Below are positions 7,761-15,221 of a DNA stretch of 15,221 nucleotides, piece by piece. Under the pieces are notes generated by a model. That model made no database searches. It saw nothing but the letters and a program-made list of their open reading frames with translations, and was not told the origin of the DNA. This stretch comes from Bdellovibrionota bacterium. Lineage in GTDB: Bacteria; Bdellovibrionota_C; UBA2361; OMIW01. The stretch covers positions 1 through 15,221 of the forward strand of contig JBIJBT010000067.1 of the NCBI GenBank assembly GCA_044345055.1. The letters run 5' to 3'. Position 1 is the stretch's first letter, and every line of letters begins with the position of its first letter. The translations under genes were made by a program, and so were the position numbers.

Positions 7761-8072
7761 TTGTTCAGTGTCAACCGTAAGAGCTCGATTTGACCTCAGG
7801 TTCGATATTTGAAGACTCTTTATCAGATCCCTGTTTTAGCTGAGGTTTCACATCAATCGAAAGGTGTTCTAGTTCTAGGGTAGTTTTAATTACATTTGAG
7901 TGATCCCATGATATTTGATCACTAGGTATTCAACTAACTCACACCAGCCCATTTCGTTCCTTAATCGCCAAAGTGCTAAAGTTTTTGATCAACCCTCCTA
8001 GTTGACCCCTCAACGAAATAATTCTAGCCTCCACCCGAATTAGTCGTACCTTTCTCAGAGGAGCTGCTACCA

Positions 8073-8924
8073 ATGTTTCGCTCATTCCCGACCCATACTG
8101 TTGCGTTTGATCTTGAGTGGTGTCCTGATCCGGTCGCGGGGCGGGTTCTTTATGGGTTGGGGGATGAGGTTGGGGATCGGGAGGTCGTTGAGGAGATGTG
8201 GCGGCAGAATGGTGCAACTGCGGAGGACCCCCAGCCTTTTCTAAAGACATTGTATTGTCGAGTTGTCTCTATCGCGGGAGTGGCGAGGACTGAGAGTGAA
8301 AAAGGGATTACAGTGACCCTTTTTTCGGTGCCGACAGATTTCGACGATACCGCCAAATGTGATGAGGCTCACTTAATAAAAACTTTTCTCGATAAAATTG
8401 GAAAACAGAAACGACAGATCATTGGATTTAATTCCCTTGCTTCTGACCTAAAAATTTTAACGCAGCGAGCGTTTGTTCATGGTCTCTCGGTGCCGGAATT
8501 TTTCATGCGACCTGAGAAACCATGGATTGGGGTTGATTATTTTGCTCGTGAGGGAGCTGGTCATGTTGATCTCTCGGAGTTTTTTTCAACTCACGGAAAA
8601 GGAGGGCGCGTTTCGCTCAATGATTTAGCGATGCTTGCAGGAATTCCCGGAAAGATGGCGGTGTCAGGAGAACAGGTTCCTGAGATGTGGCTTGCAGGAC
8701 GGTGGGATGAAATAGTTGCTTACAATGAATATGACGCTCTTACGACCTACTTGGTTTGGTTGCGGAGCTGCCATCTGATCGGTTTTATAGATTCGCAACA
8801 GTACGAGGAGGAGCAACAACTACTTCGGAGAGAGATTAAAAGACAAATAAGTGCAGGAAAAGAGCACCTCAACGAGTACCTTGATGAATGGCGCAGATTG
8901 ATGAAGATACCGAGTGAGCTATAA
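8073..8924 (+). CDS. Stand-alone DEDD 3'-5' exonuclease related to the PolB proofreading domain (DNA_pol_B_exo2-like)
   Basis: ExoI VAFDLE, ExoII GFNSLASDL, ExoIII YNEYDALTTY and GIPGK. GAGGAG RBS just upstream. Confidence 0.88.
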   Translation: MFRSFPTHTVAFDLEWCPDPVAGRVLYGLGDEVGDREVVEEMWRQNGATAEDPQPFLKTLYCRVVSIAGVARTESEKGITVTLFSVPTDFDDTAKCDEAHLIKTFLDKIGKQKRQIIGFNSLASDLKILTQRAFVHGLSVPEFFMRPEKPWIGVDYFAREGAGHVDLSEFFSTHGKGGRVSLNDLAMLAGIPGKMAVSGEQVPEMWLAGRWDEIVAYNEYDALTTYLVWLRSCHLIGFIDSQQYEEEQQLLRREIKRQISAGKEHLNEYLDEWRRLMKIPSEL

Positions 8925-8950
8925 AAAGGAAGTAGTGAGAAATTGACCCT

Positions 8951-10072
8951 TTATGCCGGGCCAAAAAGCTGGGAAAAGATAGGATTTCCTTCAATGATCG
9001 CGAGCTCTTCAGGTGATGAAGCAAGAATTGTAACGTGGCCGACTTTGCGGGATGGTCGGACCGATTTTCTGTAGTGATGAGGGTGAACTCCTTGGAGTGT
9101 GAGAAGCTCACGCATCGGCGGCTCAGTCCCGACTATATTGTACATCGCTATCGCTGGAGCGCGGAGCGCTGTGGTTCCTAATGGAAGGTCTGCGATCGCT
9201 CTAATTTGATTCTCGAATTGGCTGGTTTCAGCACCCTCGATTGTCCAGTGTCCCGAGTTGTGGACGCGAGGAGCGCACTCGTTGACGATAAGGGTGCAAT
9301 CTTTCTCAAAAAATTCGATCGCGAGTATGCCGATATAATCGAGCTTTTCCATCGCGGTTTTGAGGACTGTGCGAGCCGCTTCGGTTAGGCTTGCGTAATG
9401 TGGATCGATAACATTGAGCGGCGAAGAGCGAGAGAGAATTCCGTTATAGTGGCGATTCTCGGTAAGTGGATACCAGGCAAATGAACCATCAGACCCGCGG
9501 GCAGCGATACCAGATAGCTCTCGCGTAAATGAGATAAGCTCCTCAAGAATACAGGGGGAGGTGAGAAGCGTTGCAGCGGCAGCAGCGTTAGCGGGGACCG
9601 AAAGCCAGTCAGAAGAGGGGATCCTAAGCTGTCCCTTGCCATCGTAACCGAGGCGACGGGTTTTTAGTATTGCGGACCCTCCGAGTAGTTCTAGCTGCTG
9701 ATGAAGATCCTCAAGCGAATCGATCGCGGCATAGCGGGGAACGGTCGCGCCTAATTCCTCAAAAAATCTCTTTTCGAGCAACCGATCCTGAGAGATTAAG
9801 AGTGCGGCGACAGATGGGCGGATTTTTGTGTTGCTGGCGAGAGATTGAATCGCTTCGGGAGGAACATTTTCAAACTCCCATGTGAGTCTATCGGTCGATG
9901 ATAGGAGGGAAGCGATCGTATCTGATTGGAAAGGTGCTTTGTGATGAGTAGCAACTGGAGAGGCTGGTGGTTGGTCGGATGGATCGAGTACGTTACAGGA
10001 TATACCAAGCGGATACGCCGCGAGGGCGAGCATGGATCCAAGTTGTCCCCCTCCGACGATCCCTATCCTCAT
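8951..10072 (-). CDS. purK: N5-carboxyaminoimidazole ribonucleotide synthase (ATP-grasp)
   Basis: IGIVGGGQLGSML, TWEFENVP, QDRLLEK, LKTRRLGYDGKGQ, NECAPRVHNSGHWT, TSQFENQIRA and RKVGHVT. Directly downstream of purE. Confidence 0.97.
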   Translation of the reverse strand: MRIGIVGGGQLGSMLALAAYPLGISCNVLDPSDQPPASPVATHHKAPFQSDTIASLLSSTDRLTWEFENVPPEAIQSLASNTKIRPSVAALLISQDRLLEKRFFEELGATVPRYAAIDSLEDLHQQLELLGGSAILKTRRLGYDGKGQLRIPSSDWLSVPANAAAAATLLTSPCILEELISFTRELSGIAARGSDGSFAWYPLTENRHYNGILSRSSPLNVIDPHYASLTEAARTVLKTAMEKLDYIGILAIEFFEKDCTLIVNECAPRVHNSGHWTIEGAETSQFENQIRAIADLPLGTTALRAPAIAMYNIVGTEPPMRELLTLQGVHPHHYRKSVRPSRKVGHVTILASSPEELAIIEGNPIFSQLFGPA

Positions 10073-10084
10073 CTATGAGCCCCT

Positions 10085-10582
10085 TTATCGATTAACCGGA
10101 GGAAGAGAATCTGCGAGAACCCGATCTCGTTGGTCTCGACGAAATGCATCAAGCTCTTGCTCAAGCCGAGCATCGCTACTTGCGAGTAGCGCAACGGCAA
10201 AGAGAGCGGCGTTTGTAGCACCAGCAGCACCGATAGCAAAGGTCGCAACCGGAACCCCTGCAGGCATCTGAACAATCGATAAAAGAGAATCGATGCCGTT
10301 GAGAGCTCGCGATTGAACCGGCACTCCAAGGACTGGCACTGCCGTTTGCGCCGCAAGCATTCCGGGGAGATGTGCCGCTCCACCAGCACCCGCAATAATC
10401 GCCTTTAATCCACGACTATGAGCATCAGATGCATAGTCGATGAGGAGCCCTGGTGTTCGGTGTGCGGATACAATTTTTGCTTCGTAAGGAACTTTGAATT
10501 GCTCAAGAATTAGAGCCGCGCGCTCCATCGTCTCCCAATCTGATTGAGAGCCCATTACAACACCGATAAGAGGAGATGCCAT
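10085..10582 (-). CDS. purE: N5-CAIR mutase
   Basis: [42 protein letters not shown] and [17 protein letters not shown]. The start is ATG 10582 (165 aa); the longer ORF-track start runs through the tRNA. Confidence 0.97.
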   Translation of the reverse strand: MASPLIGVVMGSQSDWETMERAALILEQFKVPYEAKIVSAHRTPGLLIDYASDAHSRGLKAIIAGAGGAAHLPGMLAAQTAVPVLGVPVQSRALNGIDSLLSIVQMPAGVPVATFAIGAAGATNAALFAVALLASSDARLEQELDAFRRDQRDRVLADSLPPVNR

Positions 10583-10594
10583 ATGTATCTCAGA

Positions 10595-10639
10595 GGGACA
10601 AAAATGGGACAATAAAGGGACAGTGGGACGGGAGAGACA
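10595..10639. repeat. Phased GGGACA (TGTCCC) direct repeats between the tRNA 3' end and purE
   Basis: GGGACA at 10595, 10606 and 10617 (exact 11-bp period), plus degenerate GGGACG at 10625 and GAGACA at 10634. Confidence 0.7.
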
Positions 10640-10653
10640 AAGAGAGGAAACGT

Positions 10654-10729
10654 TGGTGGATCCGGCCGGAATCGAACCGGCGACCTCCTCATTGCGAACG
10701 AGGCGCTCTCCCAACTGAGCTACGGACCC
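10654..10729 (-). tRNA. tRNA-Ala (anticodon CGC)
   Basis: The reverse complement is GGGTCCGTAGCTCAGTTGGGAGAGCGCCTCGTTCGCAATGAGGAGGTCGCCGGTTCGATTCCGGCCGGATCCACCA: 76 nt, full cloverleaf, G3:U70 alanine identity pair, A73 discriminator and encoded CCA. Confidence 0.98.
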
Positions 10730-10775
10730 AAGACCTTTTTTCGGCAATCATCATAAATGATTAGCCGTACTGGTT

Positions 10776-10813
10776 GATGAGAGAAAGTTTTTTTCAAAAA
10801 GCTTTCTCTCATC
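10776..10813. terminator. Strong hairpin just downstream of the hppA stop (possible terminator or processing/stability element)
   Basis: Perfect 12-bp inverted repeat GATGAGAGAAAG (10776-10787) / CTTTCTCTCATC (10802-10813), 18 nt past the hppA stop. There is no U-tract on the minus strand, so it is non-canonical. Confidence 0.5.
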
Positions 10814-10831
10814 GAGAATAACTCACCCCGA

Positions 10832-12904
10832 TTACATTGCCAAGAGAGGCGCAATCAGCAACGCCACCATCGAAACTAACTTAATTAGGATGTTGAGTGA
10901 TGGTCCCGAGGTATCCTTGAAGGGGTCTCCAACGGTATCTCCGACGACCGCAGCGCGGTGTGCATCGGAACCTTTCTTCTCACCAGGAATTAGTCCCTGC
11001 TCGATGAACTTTTTGGCGTTATCCCAAGCACCACCAGCGTTTGCCATAAAGAGGGCAAGGACTACTGAGGTAAGTGTTGTGCCAAGAAGAAGGCCGCCGA
11101 GCGCATCTGGTCCTATCAAAAATCCAGTGACAACTGGACCAGTGATTGCAAGCATTCCAGGGAGCATCATCTCGGAGAGCGCGGCATCGGTGGAAATTGA
11201 GACGCATCGCTGAACGTCGGGCTTTGCATCTTCACGACCTTCCAATAGGCCAGGTATTTCCCGAAATTGCCGACGGATCTCTTCAACCATTTTCCCTGCA
11301 GCACGCCCTACAGCAGTCATTGTAAGACACGCCACGATCCCAGAGAGCGAGCCGCCGATAAGAGCTCCGATCATGATGTTCGGATTGGTGATCGTAAAGA
11401 GTTCATTGCTGAAAGCAGTCGATTGCCCGAGAGTAATCGTTTCAGCAAATGCTCCAAAGAGTGATATCGCAGTGAGAGCCGCGGAGCATACTGCAAATCC
11501 CTTTCCGATCGCGGCTGTGGTGTTACCCGCCGAGTCGAGCCTGTCGGTGATTGCCCGCGTCTCTGCACCAAGATGTGCCATCTCGGCGATTCCCCCTGCA
11601 TTGTCAGCAATTGGACCATACGCATCGATCGTCATCACGATACATGTTGTCGCGAGCATTCCAACCGCAGCAAGCCCAACGCCGTAAACTCCACCGATTG
11701 AACTTGAAATCAAAACTGCAATCGCGATCACCCATAGAGGTGAAACTACTGAGCGGAAACCTACAGAAAGTCCTGCGATGAGATTTGTCGCAGGTCCGGT
11801 CTTTGAGGCGTTAACGATCTCGTACACAGGTTTTGATGAGGTGTAGTATTTTGCTATTAGACCAATTGCAAGGCCACAAAGAGCCCCAAAAAGGGTACAC
11901 GCCCAATAGGTGAGCTTTACCCCCGGAATAACGAAGAATGCAACGAGGGCACCCGCGAGAAAAACTCCGGTCGAAAGAAGGGTCGCCTTTTGCAAGACTG
12001 AAGTTGGATCGCTATCGCTCTCTTTTTTCACAACAACCATGCCGTACCAGCTCGCAGCCATACCGATGATCGCGAGGATAAAGGGCATGATGGCAAATCC
12101 CCATCGGGTTGATGCGATCGCTCCCTCAGCTGTTAGGTCGGAATTAGTGAGTTGCCCAAGAACTGTTACAGGCAGGGTTATCGCGATTGTAGCACATGCT
12201 ACAATCGAGTTGACGTATGATTCAAATATATCGGCTCCCATTCCAGCTACATCGCCGACATTGTCCCCTACATTGTCCGCTATAACACCTGGATTTCGGG
12301 CGTCATCCTCAGGAATTCCAGCTTCGTATTTTCCAACGAGGTCAGCACCAACATCGGCAGCCTTCGTATAAATTCCTCCACCGATTCGAGCAAAAAGAGC
12401 GACTGAGGTTGCACCCACACCATATCCGACCATCGGGCCAACGAGAGCATCAGAGAATCCGTATATCAAAATAATAGCTCCGAGACCTATAAGCCCAAGG
12501 CTCGCAACGGCGAGTCCCATCACGGAGCCACCATCGAATGCAATCATCAGGGCATCTCTGGGGTTCGCGCGCGCTGCAGCTGCCGCAGTTCGAGAATTTG
12601 ATTGGGTAGCTGCTCGCATTCCGATAAAGCTCGCAGATAGTGAGCAGGCAGCACCAAGAAGAAACGCCAAAGCGGTCCCAAATCCGAGCGATACAAGAAG
12701 GAGGAAAAAGAGAGCGGCCGAATATATGCCGAGATAATAAGATTCTTGGCGAAGGAAGGTCCCAGCACCCTCTCGGATTTGGGCGGCTATAGCCTGCACC
12801 TTTTCATCTCCGTCTGGCTTAGCGAGGATCTCCTTAAACACCTTGAATGCAAGGGCAAGTCCGATTCCTCCAGCGGCCGGAATAATTACGTTCGTTATAG
12901 CCAT
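10832..12904 (-). CDS. hppA: Membrane-bound ion-translocating pyrophosphatase, K+-dependent type, probably Na+-pumping
   Basis: GGGIYTKAADVGADLVGK.EAGIPEDD.RNPGVIADNVGDNVGD, DAYGPIADNAGGIAEM, GNTTAAIGKG, GGAWDNAKK and GDTVGDPFKDTSGPS. Many TM helices and an AAGGA RBS. Confidence 0.96.
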   Translation of the reverse strand: MAITNVIIPAAGGIGLALAFKVFKEILAKPDGDEKVQAIAAQIREGAGTFLRQESYYLGIYSAALFFLLLVSLGFGTALAFLLGAACSLSASFIGMRAATQSNSRTAAAAARANPRDALMIAFDGGSVMGLAVASLGLIGLGAIILIYGFSDALVGPMVGYGVGATSVALFARIGGGIYTKAADVGADLVGKYEAGIPEDDARNPGVIADNVGDNVGDVAGMGADIFESYVNSIVACATIAITLPVTVLGQLTNSDLTAEGAIASTRWGFAIMPFILAIIGMAASWYGMVVVKKESDSDPTSVLQKATLLSTGVFLAGALVAFFVIPGVKLTYWACTLFGALCGLAIGLIAKYYTSSKPVYEIVNASKTGPATNLIAGLSVGFRSVVSPLWVIAIAVLISSSIGGVYGVGLAAVGMLATTCIVMTIDAYGPIADNAGGIAEMAHLGAETRAITDRLDSAGNTTAAIGKGFAVCSAALTAISLFGAFAETITLGQSTAFSNELFTITNPNIMIGALIGGSLSGIVACLTMTAVGRAAGKMVEEIRRQFREIPGLLEGREDAKPDVQRCVSISTDAALSEMMLPGMLAITGPVVTGFLIGPDALGGLLLGTTLTSVVLALFMANAGGAWDNAKKFIEQGLIPGEKKGSDAHRAAVVGDTVGDPFKDTSGPSLNILIKLVSMVALLIAPLLAM

Positions 12905-13005
12905 GCGATAGTTCCTTCATCACTAAAAACAACGACTCGGTACGCCTCAACAGCGGCAAAAGAGGTGGCTCCGAAACTCAAAAAGGCCCACGAAATCAAC
13001 GATAC

Positions 13006-13161
13006 GGACCTCCTAAAGGAGTCCATAAAACCAGATTAAGTAGCATCATCCTGAGCGGTTGGCGAATCCCGACGAGGTGAATTAATAAGGGCATTCGCGG
13101 CCCCATCACCTCGGTTCGGTTGGCACAAGCATAAGACCTTTGTGGCCTCTTCTGTAGAGGC
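13006..13161 (-). promoter_or_regulatory. Structured putative 5' leader of hppA (several hairpins)
   Basis: Stems on the + strand: GGAC(C)TCC/GGAGTCC 13006-13024; CGAGGTGA/TCACCTCG 13073-13113 enclosing GGGC/GCCC; GCCTCT/AGAGGC 13145-13161. Function is not established. Confidence 0.3.
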
Positions 13162-13407
13162 TGAGTAGCGTGTTATCTGAAAAAATGCAATGTGCGACCG
13201 GTAAAGTAGATAAAAATTGCGTAACCGGTGAGTTTATCGTTTACCCAAGATGCATTCGCCACCCCGTTATGATACTATCCTCGGTTCGGTATCGAGGCTA
13301 GCTCTTATCCTAGGTTGTGGAAGCGTTGTAAAGCTCATCGGTTCCTCAGTATCAATTCCTCATTAGAACCAATTTTTCTTCTTATTCTTTCGGAGTTTAC
13401 CCACACA

Positions 13408-15207
13408 ATGAACGCCCACAACGAGCGGCTTCGCAACATCGCCATTATCGCCCACGTCGACCACGGAAAAACAACTCTTGTTGACCACCTATTTCGGCAA
13501 AGTAATACCTTTCGCTCTCACCAAGAGGTGGCTGACCGAGTTATGGATTCAATGGATCTCGAGCGCGAGCGGGGAATAACGATCGCTGCAAAGAACTGCT
13601 CGGTTCAGTATGGAGGGGTGAAGATCAATATTCTTGATACGCCGGGACACGCCGATTTTGGTGCTGAAGTCGAGCGGGCGTTGATGATGGTTGATGGGGC
13701 AATTCTTCTTGTGGACTCCTCTGAGGGGCCTCTTCCGCAGACCCGATTTGTTCTCGCAAAAGCACTAGCGGCGGGGAAAAAATTAATCGTCGTAATAAAT
13801 AAAATTGACCGAAAAGATGCTCGTCCTGATGAGGTGTTGAACGAGATTTATGATCTTTTCATCGATCTTGGAGCTACCGACGAGCAGATCGAATTTCCTG
13901 TTTTATATGCTATCGGTCGCGAAGGTATAGCCCAGCGTTCGCTCGAAGAGCGTGGAACCGATCTCACACCACTCTTTGAAGAGATCGTCAAAACGATACC
14001 TGCTCCCTCCTTTGATCCAATCGAGCCGTTTCAGATGCTCGTTCTTAATATTGCGTATTCAGATTACCTTGGTCGCTTGGCGATTGGTCGGGTGTTTCAG
14101 GGCTCTGCGGAGCGAAATGCGCGATTGGTTCGAATCGATGAAGAGGGAATCATACGGCCTCTAAAGGTGACAAAGGTTCAAACCTATTCGGGGATTGCTC
14201 TTGGGGAAGTTGAGCGGGCAGAGCCGGGAGATATTATAATAATTTCGGGCTCAGATGAGGTTGAAATCGGCGATACAATCTGCACAGGAGAGGCTCCAAA
14301 AGCGATGCCCCGTGTTGTAGTTGATGAGCCGACGATCGCGATGCGATTCGGAGTGAATACAGGTCCGTTTGCGGGTCGCGAAGGTAAACATATTCAATCT
14401 CCTCGAATCAAAGCACGACTGCAGAAGGAAGCTCTACATAACGTTGCTCTGAGGGTCGAGGATACCGCTGATCCTGATTCATTCGTTGTAAAGGGCCGCG
14501 GCGAATTCCAGATGGCAATTCTTATTGAGACGATGCGTCGAGAAGGGTTTGAGCTCTCGGTGGGCCGTCCGACCGTCTTGATGAAGGAAGAGGGGGGAAA
14601 GACCCTCGAGCCGATCGAGCATCTGATAGTCGATTGTGAAGAGGGGCATGTTGGAATTGTGACTGAGAAATTAGCTCGTCGAAAAGGGCGAATGGTCACG
14701 ATGGTAAACAAGGGCTCTGGTCGAGTGCGGGTTGAATTCTCCATCCCTTCGCGAGGACTGATCGGTTATCGGGGTGAGTTCCTCACGGATACCCGTGGGC
14801 TTGGTATTATGAGTAGCTATGTGAGTGGTTACGAAGAGTATCGAGGTGACGTGACATCACGAGTCAATGGCTCTCTCGTTTCGGATCGTGAGGGTGAAGC
14901 TGTCGCCTACGCCCTTTTTAACCTTGAACCGCGAGGACGAATGTTGATTCGCCCTGGGGAAAAGGTATACGAAGGTATGATAATCGGGGAGCATAATCGG
15001 GAAAACGATCTCAATGTGAATCCGACCAAGGCGAAAAAGCTGACGAACATTCGTGCAGCTGGAAAGGACGATAACGTGATACTAACTCCAGTTCCGCCAT
15101 TTACTCTCGAGAATGCACTTGAGTTTATCCGGGATGACGAGTTGGTAGAGGTTACACCGGAATCAATTCGGATGCGTAAACGGGTGCTCGAGGCTAATCG
15201 CCGATAG
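13408..15207 (+). CDS. typA: Translational GTPase TypA/BipA
   Basis: RNIAIIAHVDHGKTTLVD, MDSMDLERERGITI, DTPGHADFG, INKIDR, GRGEFQMAILIETMRREG and KKLTNIRAAGKDD. The start is ATG 13408 (599 aa) with GGAG upstream. Confidence 0.98.
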   Translation: MNAHNERLRNIAIIAHVDHGKTTLVDHLFRQSNTFRSHQEVADRVMDSMDLERERGITIAAKNCSVQYGGVKINILDTPGHADFGAEVERALMMVDGAILLVDSSEGPLPQTRFVLAKALAAGKKLIVVINKIDRKDARPDEVLNEIYDLFIDLGATDEQIEFPVLYAIGREGIAQRSLEERGTDLTPLFEEIVKTIPAPSFDPIEPFQMLVLNIAYSDYLGRLAIGRVFQGSAERNARLVRIDEEGIIRPLKVTKVQTYSGIALGEVERAEPGDIIIISGSDEVEIGDTICTGEAPKAMPRVVVDEPTIAMRFGVNTGPFAGREGKHIQSPRIKARLQKEALHNVALRVEDTADPDSFVVKGRGEFQMAILIETMRREGFELSVGRPTVLMKEEGGKTLEPIEHLIVDCEEGHVGIVTEKLARRKGRMVTMVNKGSGRVRVEFSIPSRGLIGYRGEFLTDTRGLGIMSSYVSGYEEYRGDVTSRVNGSLVSDREGEAVAYALFNLEPRGRMLIRPGEKVYEGMIIGEHNRENDLNVNPTKAKKLTNIRAAGKDDNVILTPVPPFTLENALEFIRDDELVEVTPESIRMRKRVLEANRR

Positions 15208-15221
15208 GGCAGCGGGTTTGC

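Noticed and set aside
7939..8250. Minus-strand 103-aa Pro/Gln-rich ORF
   Set aside because: It is largely antisense to the exonuclease, has no recognisable motif, and its composition reflects the G-rich opposite strand.
10595..10639. CRISPR array or iteron-type origin
   Set aside because: The repeats are only 6 bp with 5-bp spacers, and there is no cas or rep gene. I saw no CRISPR-like repeat-spacer pattern anywhere in the window.
1..10729. Single island integrated at tRNA-Ala extending leftwards
   Set aside because: Housekeeping purE and purK lie directly after the tRNA, and no duplicated tRNA 3' end or integrase was seen.
10583..10747. 55-aa N-terminal extension of PurE, and + strand ORF 10576..10764
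   Set aside because: Both are translations through the tRNA-Ala gene.
10890..12371. Several long + strand ORFs opposite hppA, and similar short nested or antisense ORFs in the GH3, enolase, CocE, purK and typA genes
   Set aside because: These are shadow ORFs of well-supported genes, with no motifs or RBS support.
12746..13039. Plus-strand 97-aa ORF overlapping the hppA start
   Set aside because: It is antisense to hppA and its RBS, with no family features.
13315..13407. 31-aa N-terminal extension of TypA from TTG 13315
   Set aside because: Family homology starts at MNAHNERLRNIAII, and ATG 13408 has a GGAG upstream.

Overview
The window has two parts. The left part (~1-7900) is a lower-GC accessory region (sampled lines ~38-40% GC). 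It begins with a decayed type IV toxin-antitoxin (AbiE-like) pair: the antitoxin is 5'-truncated at what looks like an IS end, and the AbiEii-like nucleotidyltransferase toxin is fused to a WYL domain and a frameshifted CxxC tail and broken by an in-frame TAA. An intact, translationally coupled five-gene operon follows: small membrane protein, sterol desaturase/fatty-acid hydroxylase, GH3-family acyl-adenylating enzyme, enolase-superfamily enzyme, and CocE/NonD hydrolase lipoprotein. This operon is the best candidate for an undescribed system, possibly an acyl-amino-acid or lipid modification pathway, and two of its enzymes have non-canonical active-site residues. The right part (~8070-15221; sampled lines ~53-58% GC) is housekeeping: a PolB-like 3'-5' exonuclease, purK, purE, tRNA-Ala(CGC), a K+-dependent membrane pyrophosphatase (hppA) and typA/bipA. 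Notable non-coding signals are phased GGGACA repeats at the tRNA 3' end and a structured hppA/typA intergenic region. All family calls come from recognising motifs by eye; no searches were run.
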